Source of the DNA: Candidatus Palauibacter sp.
Lineage (GTDB): Bacteria; Gemmatimonadota; Gemmatimonadetes; Palauibacterales; Palauibacteraceae
Assembly: GCF_965216145.1 (NCBI RefSeq)
Contig: NZ_OZ244149.1
Span: 1,013,411 to 1,077,410 of the forward strand
DNA length: 64,000 bases
Direction of reading: 5' to 3'
This document shows, one piece after another, positions 32,201 to 42,230 of this stretch (position 1 is the stretch's first letter; every line of letters starts with the position of its first letter). The translations under genes and the position numbers were made by a program. The notes beneath the pieces were generated by a model, which did not search any database, was not told the DNA's origin, and saw nothing but the letters and a program-made list of their open reading frames with translations.

Positions 32201-32671
32201 GGCGAGGCTGGCCCGAGCCTCCGGGGCGTCCGGTTTGGGAATGAGGGACTCGTCTAAGGTCCTTCCCTGGAGGTTCTCAGCTCCCTTTCGCAGGTAGGTG
32301 CGACCCGTCCAGTAGAGAACGTGATAAAGCTCGCGCAGGACATCCATCGCCTTCTCAGGTGCCGGCGACTTGTTACCGTGGACCGCCACGTTACCCGCCT
32401 GCCGGATGAATTCGGCCTTCTGCCACACCACGTTCGGCACGAGTTCGCGGAAGGCAGGATCGCTGATGTAGCCGTCCAGGTTCGTGACCTTCGGTGGCTT
32501 CAAAGCCTTCTCGACCCTGCAGATGCGCTTGAGCAGGCGCTCAAGTGCATGCCGGGCGTGGAAGCAAGAGGCCCGAGGGTCACCGTAGACGTGCCGCTCA
32601 GCGTAGGTCGCACTCTCCGCGACATGAAGGAATTCCTGCCTCAGGAAGTCGAAGTTCGCGGAGATCTCCAT
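29294..32671 (-). CDS. hsdR: Type I restriction endonuclease subunit R (EcoEI-like)
   Basis: ADYVL..VEAKK nuclease motif, MATGSGKT, DEAHRS, LTATP, QMIGRGTR; follows hsdM and hsdS. Confidence 0.93.
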   Translation of the reverse strand: MEISANFDFLRQEFLHVAESATYAERHVYGDPRASCFHARHALERLLKRICRVEKALKPPKVTNLDGYISDPAFRELVPNVVWQKAEFIRQAGNVAVHGNKSPAPEKAMDVLRELYHVLYWTGRTYLRKGAENLQGRTLDESLIPKPDAPEARASLAELEAVTAQRDVAEDARADLEGEVEVLRERLAAIKAENEAVPETHDWNEEKTRRLLIDLALHRAGWRLDSKHDREYEVTGMPNESRIGYADYVLWGDDGKPLAVVEAKKTTVDPEEGQQQAKLYADCLEAMHGQRPVIFYTNGYKTRLWDDLFYPPRTVAGFYKKDELASLIVRRAQREALDVAQVRGRIVDRYYQKRAIGSIAEQFANARRKALLVMATGSGKTRTAIALVDLLQRAGWVKRTLFLADRVSLVNQSVSAFKAHLPESSPVNLVTEKDRVGRVYVSTYPTMMGLIDEAEGNEARFSVGHFDLVIIDEAHRSVYQKYGAIFRYFDSLLVGLTATPREQVDRNTYALFDLEPGVPTDAYELETAVADGFLVPPRVQQVDLRFPREGIDYDALSEEEKEQWESLDWGDDVDPDALPDRVNASAINNWLFNEDTVDKALRHLMQHGHKVDGGDRLAKTILFARNHEHAEFVEKRFDRHYPQHAGHFARVIDHYAKYAQSLIDDFSQKNKAPHLAISVDMLDTGIDVPEVANLVFFKPVYSKIKFWQMIGRGTRLCPDFFGPDEDKQDFRVFDFCFNFDFFRENPDGIEAGAGVPLGTRLFRSRVQLLSHVQTTPALDPDMKIAGSLTDELHGQVAAMNRENFIVRMHLEAVNHFRDRKAWERLSDSDAQTLELEIAGLPNEIETDDIESRMFDLTALRMQLALAEGNETVFESHRRRVVEIAMLLEEKSTIPAVKTQLGYLAAVQDTDFWEGIVLGGIEDLRLRLRGIVPFLDKKKRKIVYTDFQDEVVEVREKRAFYMPKMTGAQYEKKVEEYLRNHLDHLVIRRLRTNQPLTDADLKGLESTLVEIGEEDGETLFSGLLARSESPSLAHFVRSLVGLDRTAAQAAFSGFLADRSLTSSQIRFIEMVIDQLSARGVIEASALYEPPFSNLHAEGPDALFDGNVEVIEGVFEVLRQVNSGLVA

Positions 32672-32677
32672 CGTGGC

Positions 32678-33871
32678 TCAGAGATCGCCTCTGAAGGCGC
32701 GGGACTGAAGAGATGCGAAAAGGGTGTTGAGCTCAGCGAGGTGGGCTTGTTGCCGGACCTTCTGTTGCTCGACGGACTCGACGATGGTGGCGAACCGGCG
32801 TTGCAGATCTGAGGGTGGGACCAGGATCGGAAGCGTCTGTAGGGATTTCCAATAGACGGCGAATACGCTTGTCGTGCCTGCTTTCCGTTTCTCTAGTTCG
32901 CGCTGCACCCGTCCAAAGCGAAACTGCATCGCGATCACCGTGGGCTCGACCTCTACGCAGAATCGGATCCGCATGAGGTTGTTGTTGAAGAGCCAGCCTT
33001 CAGGTCCCGGAAAGACACACACCTTCCCAACCAACTGCTTCGAGTTCCGAGTGTTGAAGAGGAAGTCCCCGGGCTTCAAACGATAGTCCTTCAACTCCCG
33101 CTCATCCGCTTCCGTACGTTGCACCTTATCGGGCAGAAACTCCCCAGTGGCCGTCACGGCATCCATTCGAACATAGGGGATCGTGAAATCCCAGCCGAAC
33201 TCTTTCGATGACCGCACCAATCCGAGCTTCTTGGCCGCGGTGATGTCTCCAAAGGCCCTACTCTCCCACCTCATCGGATTCGTGTCCGGGTCGCCGAACA
33301 TGTCGAGGAAGGTGGATTGGAGCAGAGTATCGAACTCGGAGAGGGCCTCGCGGCGCTTGGCCCGCAGCGCGTCCGCCGCATCCAGAATCTCCGCGATCCG
33401 CTTCTGCTCGGCAAGGGGCGGGAGTGGGATTTGGAGGTTGTCCAGGTGCTCGTTTCTCAGGTTGTTGATATTGACCCCAGCAGCCAGTCTGGAAATGACG
33501 TGCCGGTAGAGGGAGGTCCTGAAGTAGTGGCCGAAGTAGTGGGGGTCGACATCAGGCCCCGGGCGCAGCACTTTACAGAATGCGCCAAACCCGCCCTCGA
33601 ATCCTATCCGCGCTTGCGCCGTCTTTCCTACGACGGAGATACTGCCACTTGATGCTGCCACAACGATGTCATTCGGGACAATTCGTTGCTTCTGAGAGAT
33701 CTTGGTGTTCGGTACGAAAATCAAGTCTTCAAGAAGCAGTCCGTGTTCTCCAATGTTGTTGGCCCGCAATATGGGCGAGTAGCCACTTCTTGGGACTGCG
33801 CTGGCGTCACTCTTGGCATATGTCACGCCACGAACCTGCTTGCTGATGTCGCGGACGGCTACGACCTTCAT
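32678..33871 (-). CDS. hsdS: Type I R-M specificity subunit
   Basis: Two TRDs with conserved repeats IPLPPLAEQKRI and LVPPSDLQRRF, ending AFRGDL. Confidence 0.92.
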   Translation of the reverse strand: MKVVAVRDISKQVRGVTYAKSDASAVPRSGYSPILRANNIGEHGLLLEDLIFVPNTKISQKQRIVPNDIVVAASSGSISVVGKTAQARIGFEGGFGAFCKVLRPGPDVDPHYFGHYFRTSLYRHVISRLAAGVNINNLRNEHLDNLQIPLPPLAEQKRIAEILDAADALRAKRREALSEFDTLLQSTFLDMFGDPDTNPMRWESRAFGDITAAKKLGLVRSSKEFGWDFTIPYVRMDAVTATGEFLPDKVQRTEADERELKDYRLKPGDFLFNTRNSKQLVGKVCVFPGPEGWLFNNNLMRIRFCVEVEPTVIAMQFRFGRVQRELEKRKAGTTSVFAVYWKSLQTLPILVPPSDLQRRFATIVESVEQQKVRQQAHLAELNTLFASLQSRAFRGDL

Positions 33872-35352
33872 CCTAGCATCCCCTCCAACTCCTTACGTCC
33901 CTTCGCAATGTCCTCCTCCAACGCCGCTAGCCGCCCAAGGATCACCTTCGGCGGGTTGTACTCCACCGCCTCGTATACCACCTCCTTGTAGCGGTTGATG
34001 GAGAGGTCGTAGTCGTTGCCCGCGATCTCGGCCTTGGGCACGAGGAAACTCTGATCCGTCCGCGCCCGCTTGAGCTCCGCCTCGCGGTTCTGCCAGCGGG
34101 CGAGAATGTCGGAAAGGTCGCTCTTCTCCGGTCGCGGCGTGCGCTTGTCGTCCAGCGAGTAGCCGTCCGCCTGCATGTCGTAGAACCAGACGTGGTCTGT
34201 GCCGCCGGAGTTGGTCTTGGTGAAGAGCAGGATGGCGGTGGAGACCCCGGCGTAGGGTTTGAAGACGCCAGAGGGCATGGAGACGATGGCGTCGAGCTTC
34301 TGCTCCTCGACCAGAATCCTGCGCAGGGTCCTGTGCGCCTTGCTCGATCCGAAAAGCACGCCGTCGGGCACGATGACGGCGGCGCGGCCGCCTGTCTGGA
34401 GAAGGCGGAGGAAGAGGGCGAGGAACAGCAACTCGGTCTTCTTCGTCTTGACAATCTGCTGTAGATCCTTGGCGGTGGACTCGTAGTCGAGGCTTCCCGC
34501 AAACGGCGGATTGGCGAGAATGAGCGAGTACTTCTCCGCATCGTCATCGTCGGCCTGCGCCAGCGAGTCCCGGTAGCGGACGTCCGGATTCTCCGCGCCG
34601 TGAAGCAGCACGTTCATGCTGCCGATGCGCAGCATGGTGCTGTCAAAGTCGTAGCCGTGGAACGTGCCTTCGTTGAAGCGGCGGCGGGCGGCAGCGTCCT
34701 TGTAGATGGTCCCGCTATCGTGCTCGACCAGATACTCGGCAGCGGCGATAAGGAAGCCCGCCGTGCCGCAGGCCGGGTCGCAGATGACGTCCTTAGGCGT
34801 CGGCGCGGCCATGTCCACCATCAGCTTGATAATATGACGCGGGGTGCGGAACTGCCCGTTCTGCCCGGCGCTCGCTATCTTGCCGAGCATGTACTCGTAT
34901 AGGTCGCCCTTGGTGTCGCTGTCGGCCATGTCGATGCCATCGAGCTGATCCACCACGTTCGCCAGCACGCGGGGCGCGGGCATCATGAAGAGGGCGTCCC
35001 TCATGTGGTGTGCGTACGTCGAGCTTCTCTCGGCATCGGCTTCCCCGCTCTGCCCCAGGGCCTTCATGAAGGGGAACACCTCGTCGCGCACGGTCTCGAA
35101 CATCGTCTCGGGAGCGGTCTCCTTGAAGCGAGACCAGCGAATGGCGTCCTGATCGGGAGTGAAGATTGGCTCTTCGATGGGCTTGCCGGTGCGTGCGGCC
35201 TTGCTCTCCTTCAGCGTGTGCAGCTCGTCAAGCCGTTTGATGAAGAGGAGGTAGGTCAGCTGCTCGATGACGGAGAGTGGGTTCGAAATGCCCCCGGACC
35301 ACATCGTGTTCCAGATGTTGTCAACCTTGGCCTTGAGTTCGCCTGTGATCAT
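33868..35352 (-). CDS. hsdM: Type I R-M N6-adenine methyltransferase
   Basis: GQFRTPRHI, DPACGTAGFL, NPPF. Confidence 0.95.
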   Translation of the reverse strand: MITGELKAKVDNIWNTMWSGGISNPLSVIEQLTYLLFIKRLDELHTLKESKAARTGKPIEEPIFTPDQDAIRWSRFKETAPETMFETVRDEVFPFMKALGQSGEADAERSSTYAHHMRDALFMMPAPRVLANVVDQLDGIDMADSDTKGDLYEYMLGKIASAGQNGQFRTPRHIIKLMVDMAAPTPKDVICDPACGTAGFLIAAAEYLVEHDSGTIYKDAAARRRFNEGTFHGYDFDSTMLRIGSMNVLLHGAENPDVRYRDSLAQADDDDAEKYSLILANPPFAGSLDYESTAKDLQQIVKTKKTELLFLALFLRLLQTGGRAAVIVPDGVLFGSSKAHRTLRRILVEEQKLDAIVSMPSGVFKPYAGVSTAILLFTKTNSGGTDHVWFYDMQADGYSLDDKRTPRPEKSDLSDILARWQNREAELKRARTDQSFLVPKAEIAGNDYDLSINRYKEVVYEAVEYNPPKVILGRLAALEEDIAKGRKELEGMLG

Positions 35353-35689
35353 AGCCTTGGATGCCTTGGCGGTGGATCGGCCTCGCCGGGCTTCGGGTCA
35401 GCCCCGTCGGCAGTATACAGCAAACGTCGCGACCGGCGAACCCCGGGACGCCGTGACTCGAGCCTCCCCTTTTGCGCCCCCCCCGGGAGCCGGAGTTGGA
35501 TCCGGCGCCTCACGGTCTGGAGTCGCCGCCGTGAATTCAAGCTCGGCGGTTCCCCGGATTGTTCCGCCCCTATCCCTTTCCCGGTTCTTTAATGGCTGTG
35601 CGTCGCGCCGTTATGGCACCACCCGCGTCACCTCGAAACATGTGGCTTTGGCAAGAGAAGGCGGCGGGGGGCATCCGAGCTACCCCGCC

Positions 35690-37779
35690 CAGGGCGTGGG
35701 CAAGGTTTACATCCAGACGGTGCTGGACTGCTTCAGCCTCTACGTGTGGGCGCGGCTCTACACCTCGAAGAGGCCGGTGACCGCCGTCCAGATCCTGAAC
35801 AGCCACGTACTGCCCCTCTTCGAGGAACACGGGGTGAAGATCCAGACGGTGCTGAGCGACAACGGGCGGGAGTACTGCGGGCGCGAGGACCGGCACCCCT
35901 ATCAGGCCGTGGCAAAAGCGCGCTGCGGGCCACGGAATATGACCTCGGCAAAGTGTCGGCGGACTGTTGCGCCGACGCGGCCGGGGCGTCGTCGGAGTGA
36001 TATCCGGGCCTCGACGGGTCCCGGGTGGCCGAAAACGCGCGATTTCGGCCGGAAAAGGGCCGAAAAAGCGACCCGGAGGCCTCCCGTTTGAAGCGTGGAC
36101 GCACGTCTGCCCTGAAGACTCCTCGGCGTGCCGTAGCCGTACCGGTGCCGCATCAGGAGCCCGAGGTTGAACCCGGTCGCGTGCACCAGCATCCGCTTGC
36201 GGATGTTCTCGTGCCCGCGCAGGTGCGTCCGGCGCATGCCGCCGGTGGTGAGCATGTGGGCGAAGGCGCGCTCCAGCTTCTCGCCCCGCGCCCTCAGCAG
36301 GCGCTTGCCACGAGCGCCTCGGATCCGGCGCCGGTTGGCGTAGGTGGGCTTCTGCGCGGCCCGGTCCCGCTTCCAGCTCCGACGACCCCGGTTCGGCTCG
36401 CTCACGTAGCTCCGCACTCCGAGCCCCGCCAGGCGCTTCATCGTCGCGTTCGAGTGGTAGCCCTTGTCGCACACCAGCTCCCGAACCTCCGCCCCCACCC
36501 GCTCCAGCTGCCCGCGCGCCTCCCCCAGCGTCTTCGGCAGCGAGGCGCAGTCGCCACCCGTCGTCGGCTGCACCGTCAGCCCGCACACCGCCCCCGAGCT
36601 CATGTCCACCGCATGCTCCAGCTTATGGCCCATGCGCGTCCGCCCGTCCTTCATCTTCGTGATCCGCGCGTCCGGGTCGTGCGGGTGCTCCCAGTCCTCG
36701 TTGCTCCCCTTCCTCGGCCGCTTCCGGTCCAGCTTCGCCAGGTCCGCCCTCGTCGGCGTCTCGATCCCCGACGCCTCCGCCAGACCCTCCAGGAACAGCT
36801 GGTATCCCTCCCCCGTGTCCCGCCGCACGATCGACCGCATCGCCGCGTTCCCCTCCAGCGTCGTCGAGTCGATCCCCAGCGTCTTGCCGCTCAACAGCCC
36901 GCTCTCCTCCAGGAGCTCCAGCACCCGGGCGAACACTGCCTCGTGCGCCTCCGCCGACAGGCGCCGCCGCGTCCGCGACACCGTCGAGTGGTCCGGCGGG
37001 TTCTCGTCCAGCTCGTAGCCAAGGAACTCCCGCAGCGACAGAGACTCCGCGCACCGCCACGCGATCCCCCGCTCAGATCCGATCCCCTCCAGATACCCCA
37101 CCACAAGCATCCGGAAGTACACCCCCGGCGCCACGCTCGGACGGCCCAGCCGCTCCGCGTAGTACGCCGCGCACGTCTCCTCGCACAACCCGTCGAAGCC
37201 CGCCTCCGCCAGCATCCCGTCCAGCGCCCGGTAGAACGGGTGCCCCGGAGCCCGGATCCCCGCCGCAGCCACGAACAGCGCCTTCTGCCGCCCGCCCCTC
37301 CGCCGCCCCATCGCCATCGCCCACCTCCGACTGACTGGCCACTCCTGTCCCGGCCACAATCTAACCATCAATGCCGGCGCGGAACATCCCGACTTTTACC
37401 ACGGACTGCTATGAGCTGTTCCTCCAGCTCGAGAAGATCGACACCGGAAGACGAAGGTGGGCCGGCCGCAGTCGAACGGGTACATCGGGCGCTTCCACCG
37501 CACGCTCCTGGACGAGCACCTGAGGGTGTAGGGACGAACGACCTGGTACGAGTCCGTCGACGAGATGCAGGCCGATCTCGACGCCTACATCGAGACCTAC
37601 AACCGGAACCATCCGCACTGCGGCCGCGGCATGGAGGGGCGGACGCCCTACCAGGTGTTCAAGAAGGGGACCCGGCAGCCCCGCACCCGGAAGAAGTCAG
37701 CCAAGAATGAGGTGCAGACCGCAGCCTGAAGCGCTGACCTCGGCGAGGCCGGGTGTCAGGCGACTACCGTACCTGTACA
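35690..37779 (+). mobile_element. IS481-family remnant: 5'-truncated, decayed transposase interrupted by IS1182
   Basis: GVGKVYIQT..LSDNGREYCGREDRHPY resumes after the IS as ELFLQLE..PQSNG..RFHRTLLDEH with a frameshift and a stop; right end finishes TGTACA. Confidence 0.85.
35903..37408 (-). mobile_element. IS1182-family insertion sequence, copy 1 (1506 bp; transposase 35902-37371)
   Basis: DUF772-like GRPS..FRML..SER motif plus DDE motifs (IDST, DKGY); terminal IRs CAGGCCGTGGCAAAAG/CAGTCCGTGGTAAAAG; 4-bp TSD CTAT. Confidence 0.92.
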
Positions 37780-37839
37780 AGCCGCCCGAGATAACCGACG
37801 CCCTACCAGTACTCCTCGAAGATGGGGACGCCGAAGGCT

Positions 37840-38037
37840 TCAGTAAGCCTGGATGGTAAACCGCCGTTCCGCCTCCGCAATCTCCTCCTTGGTGCGTCGA
37901 TGTATCTGCACGCGAGGATCGCCGGCACGAAACTCGAATGACTCAGCTCCAGACGTATCGTATCGTATCGTCTGCGTCGCCGAGTCTCCCTCACTCTTCC
38001 CGCCTTCATCCTTCTTCCTGCGCTTCTTCGTACTCAT
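37840..38037 (-). CDS. Small hypothetical protein (65 aa)
   Basis: ATG preceded by a strong RBS (GGAGG), downstream of the protease. Confidence 0.5.
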   Translation of the reverse strand: MSTKKRRKKDEGGKSEGDSATQTIRYDTSGAESFEFRAGDPRVQIHRRTKEEIAEAERRFTIQAY

Positions 38038-38074
38038 GCCTTCCTCCTTCTGCCAGTCCCACGGGGAACCCCTT

Positions 38075-38803
38075 TTATTCTTCCCCATCGCCGGCGATCT
38101 TGGCAACGCCTCGCGCAAATTGGATAGACTGCGCCTTCGTAAGACCCGTGACGTACTCATTCGCAGAGATCTTCGCCTCTACTACACCGAAGACCACACC
38201 TGTATTGAGGATGAACACGGGACCCCCGCTGTTTCCTTGGGTTGCGGGCATCTGCAGGATGTACCCGGTACGAGCATGAGCCGGAGCTTCCGGTAACGGT
38301 AGTACACCGCTGATGGGGCCCATCAGAAACGTACTCGCAGGGCCGATCTCATCCGGGCGGAACCCGTGAGGCCATCCGCAGGTACCCGCCATGACCCCTT
38401 CCCGGGGCTCCAGATTGTATCCCAGCCGCAAACAGGTCGGAGGGACCGGCTGTTCCCCGATCCTGAGTGCAGCCACGTCATGGCCCGGATTCCTGGCGTC
38501 CTGAAGAACAGGGGTGAACGAGAGATCGAACTGGGTACCGTCCCCCGGTCGGTAGATCAACACACCGAGCGTGTATCCGGCCCATTTCGCCGCCTCCTCG
38601 GTCGTCTTCTGCTCGATGGCGTCGAGGACATGCCGTGCCGTCAATACCACCCCGGAAGGGTCATCTATGAAGAACCCGGTACCTTCAAGAGTCAAGCTAA
38701 CTTGATCGCCTTCACGCTTGGATAGCGCCACTCCGACGGTAGCTCTTCTGACACGTTCGAGAACCCGCTGCTCACGTGCTTTCGGGGGTTTCTTCTTACC
38801 CAT
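38075..38803 (-). CDS. Trypsin-like serine protease (no signal peptide)
   Basis: GTGF, catalytic LTARHV, HDVA and GNSGGP; strong RBS. Confidence 0.9.
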   Translation of the reverse strand: MGKKKPPKAREQRVLERVRRATVGVALSKREGDQVSLTLEGTGFFIDDPSGVVLTARHVLDAIEQKTTEEAAKWAGYTLGVLIYRPGDGTQFDLSFTPVLQDARNPGHDVAALRIGEQPVPPTCLRLGYNLEPREGVMAGTCGWPHGFRPDEIGPASTFLMGPISGVLPLPEAPAHARTGYILQMPATQGNSGGPVFILNTGVVFGVVEAKISANEYVTGLTKAQSIQFARGVAKIAGDGEE

Positions 38804-38879
38804 CGCACCTCCTCCTCCTGCCGAACACGAATCGAGCCGGAGATCCTAGCCGAGAGGCCACGATGACGCTACTCCCTCC

Positions 38880-39240
38880 CTACGCCTCCGCCTTCCCCGT
38901 CAACACTCGGAACAGCAGCCGCCGCCCGACGAGCCGGACCACGACGACTTCTATCTGCCGGATCGTGTCGGCATTCCGAATCGAGTAGCGTCCCGCGAAC
39001 TCGTCGACGTACCGCTGGAGGTGCTTGACGCTCATGTCGTGGTAGACGCCGTGGTACCCTCGCTTCAGCAGGGCCCAGAAGCTCTCCACCCCGTTCGTGT
39101 GCGCCTGCTCCCGGACGTACTCCCCGACTGAGTGTCGGACGGTCTCGTGGCTCGGGAGACCGCAGTAGCCTCCGTGCTCGCTGGTGTAGACGGTTGCCCC
39201 GTCCTTCGTGCGGGACAGGACGAAGCCCTGTGGCGTCTCG
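38880..39240 (-). pseudogene. IS1595-family transposase, C-terminal fragment
   Basis: VRHSVGEYV..HTNGVESFWALLKRGYHGVYH..KHLQRYVDEF; N-terminus replaced by IS21 sequence. Confidence 0.85.
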
Positions 39241-39254
39241 GTATCGGTACGAGT

Positions 39255-39622
39255 AGCGGTGCTGGAAAACCTGCTGTAGCGCCCCCCTCTTCCCCTCTCG
39301 GCGGAGGTCCTCCGAGACGAGGAGGGAGAGGTGTCGCAGAAGAGGTTGTCCATGCGCAAGGTCCGAGAACTGATGCGCTGAAGTACGAGCTCGGGCGCAG
39401 CCACCGCAAGATCGCCGCCTCGCTGAGCATCGCCAACAGCACGGTGTGCGACTACGCGGGCCGGGCAAGGGCGGCCGGGCTTTCGTGGCCGCTGCCGGAG
39501 GGGCTGGACGACACTCGCGCTGGAGGCGGCGCTGTTCCCTCCGCTTCCGCCCTCGCGGGTTCCCCAGCCCGAGCCGGACTGGGAACGAGGTGCACCGGGA
39601 GCTTCAGCGCCACAAGGGCGTC
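39255..39622 (+). pseudogene. IS21-family istA N-terminal fragment, frameshifted
   Basis: RLSMRKVRELMR/LKYELGRSHRKIAASL..GLSWPLP; homologous to 44595-45157. Confidence 0.8.
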
Positions 39623-39902
39623 AGGAGACTCTACGACTCGACGAAGACCGGTACAAGCCGGTAGACTCAGACCCTAACCCCGACACCCCGGCCCCGCTAT
39701 GGACCTCCGCTCCTCCAAGGTGATCGGAGTCACCGATCAGCTTGTCGGAACCGGGGGTCGGCTTCGTCGGAATACGCAGTTGCGGGAGCGAACGTCATAA
39801 TTCCATCTCCTCGAGAATGTCCGGCGGAAGAAGCATCCATGAAGGGAGACATCCTTACAGCGTGAAACGGATGTCGGCCAAAGGAGAGGGAGACGAAAGA
39901 CG

Positions 39903-40199
39903 GTGGAGGACATTCTTGTCAAAGGCGTCCTGAAGACGTTGAGAACGCGAGGCGAAGGTGACACATACGGAACCCGAACGCTCCGCAGGTTTGTCAACGA
40001 CACGATCGACAGCAACAAGTGGGATGTACCCGGATGGGTGCGAGGGGCCGTGACCAAGGCCGTCTGTGTCCGATTCGACGAGGTGTGGCAGGCGTTTGGA
40101 CGTGTCCGGCGCGGAGCTCCCGGATATGAAGAGGCCCAACAGGATCTCCTACACGTCCGCGATGTGCTGGATTCCATCTCTTCGAGGAAATCAAGCTAA
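39903..40199 (+). CDS. Hypothetical protein or fragment
   Basis: 98-aa ORF with plausible composition; no motif recognised. Confidence 0.35.
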   Translation: MEDILVKGVLKTLRTRGEGDTYGTRTLRRFVNDTIDSNKWDVPGWVRGAVTKAVCVRFDEVWQAFGRVRRGAPGYEEAQQDLLHVRDVLDSISSRKSS

Positions 40200-40239
40200 G
40201 TATATAATTCCCTAACGATGGCTTGACGGCCGCCGGACG

Positions 40240-40569
40240 TTAGGCCACGCCGTCGGTCGGCCTCAGTGCCGTCCGGATCGCGGCGGAGGCATCCTCACAC
40301 CATCCGCCAAACTCGGGATGCCCCCGGTAGTAGTCGGCCATCCCGTCAATCTTGGACGCCACCCGCCGCCAAAGCGTCGCGATCGGCGTCAGCCGCATCA
40401 CCTCCGGCGGCGTCAGGTGCCGCGCCACGTCGCCAAGTCCGGCGGCGACGTGGACGCCGTACCACCTGTCCTGTGCGGCAATCCGCGCCAACGCCCGGAG
40501 ATGCAGGCGCGGGAAGTCGGTCACTTGCTCCAGATTGGCTAGCTCGCGCAACCCAACAACGGTCCTCAT
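40240..40569 (-). CDS. Hypothetical protein (109 aa)
   Basis: ATG after a GGAGGAGG RBS, immediately downstream of IS1182 copy 2. Confidence 0.5.
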   Translation of the reverse strand: MRTVVGLRELANLEQVTDFPRLHLRALARIAAQDRWYGVHVAAGLGDVARHLTPPEVMRLTPIATLWRRVASKIDGMADYYRGHPEFGGWCEDASAAIRTALRPTDGVA

Positions 40570-40586
40570 CGTCGCCTCCTCCTTAG

Positions 40587-42092
40587 CAGGCCGTGGCAAA
40601 AGCGCGCTGCGGGCCACGGAATATGACCTCGGCAAAGTGTCGGCGGACTGTTGCGCCGACGCGGCCGGGGCGTCGTCGGAGTGATATCCGGGCCTCGACG
40701 GGTCCCGGGTGGCCGAAAACGCGCGATTTCGGCCGGAAAAGGGCCGAAAAAGCGACCCGGAGGCCTCCCGTTTGAAGCGTGGACGCACGTCTGCCCTGAA
40801 GACTCCTCGGCGTGCCGTAGCCGTACCGGTGCCGCATCAGGAGCCCGAGGTTGAACCCGGTCGCGTGCACCAGCATCCGCTTGCGGATGTTCTCGTGCCC
40901 GCGCAGGTGCGTCCGGCGCATGCCGCCGGTGGTGAGCATGTGGGCGAAGGCGCGCTCCAGCTTCTCGCCCCGCGCCCTCAGCAGGCGCTTGCCACGAGCG
41001 CCTCGGATCCGGCGCCGGTTGGCGTAGGTGGGCTTCTGCGCGGCCCGGTCCCGCTTCCAGCTCCGACGACCCCGGTTCGGCTCGCTCACGTAGCTCCGCA
41101 CTCCGAGCCCCGCCAGGCGCTTCATCGTCGCGTTCGAGTGGTAGCCCTTGTCGCACACCAGCTCCCGAACCTCCGCCCCCACCCGCTCCAGCTGCCCGCG
41201 CGCCTCCCCCAGCGTCTTCGGCAGCGAGGCGCAGTCGCCACCCGTCGTCGGCTGCACCGTCAGCCCGCACACCGCCCCCGAGCTCATGTCCACCGCATGC
41301 TCCAGCTTATGGCCCATGCGCGTCCGCCCGTCCTTCATCTTCGTGATCCGCGCGTCCGGGTCGTGCGGGTGCTCCCAGTCCTCGTTGCTCCCCTTCCTCG
41401 GCCGCTTCCGGTCCAGCTTCGCCAGGTCCGCCCTCGTCGGCGTCTCGATCCCCGACGCCTCCGCCAGACCCTCCAGGAACAGCTGGTATCCCTCCCCCGT
41501 GTCCCGCCGCACGATCGACCGCAGCGCCGCGTTCCCCTCCAGCGTCGTCGAGTCGATCCCCAGCGTCTTGCCGCTCAACAGCCCGCTCTCCTCCAGGAGC
41601 TCCAGCACCCGGGCGAACACTGCCTCGTGCGCCTCCGCCGACAGGCGCCGCCGCGTCCGCGACACCGTCGAGTGGTCCGGCGGGTTCTCGTCCAGCTCGT
41701 AGCCAAGGAACTCCCGCAGCGACAGAGACTCCGCGCACCGCCACGCGATCCCCCGCTCAGATCCGATCCCCTCCAGATACCCCACCACAAGCATCCGGAA
41801 GTACACCCCCGGCGCCACGCTCGGACGGCCCAGCCGCTCCGCGTAGTACGCCGCGCACGTCTCCTCGCACAACCCGTCGAAGCCCGCCTCCGCCAGCATC
41901 CCGTCCAGCGCCCGGTAGAACGGGTGCCCCGGAGCCCGGATCCCCGCCGCAGCCACGAACAGCGCCTTCTGCCGCCCGCCCCTCCGCCGCCCCATCGCCA
42001 TCGCCCACCTCCGACTGACTGGCCACTCCTGTCCCGGCCACAATCTAACCATCAATGCCGGCGCGGAACATCCCGACTTTTACCACGGACTG
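40587..42092 (-). mobile_element. IS1182-family insertion sequence, copy 2 (1506 bp; transposase 40583-42055)
   Basis: Near-identical to copy 1 (NAAMRS versus NAALRS); same IRs; 4-bp TSD TTAG. Confidence 0.92.
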
Positions 42093-42230
42093 TTAGCTGT
42101 TTGGTATTCCCGACGCTAACGCCGCCCGGACCCGCCGCACAAACAACGGCCCGCAACCGACGCGGTCCGCCGTGAGCGTAATCGCTCGCGGCGGAGGCGG
42201 AGGAGTGCTGCGGGGCAACGACGAGGTCGC

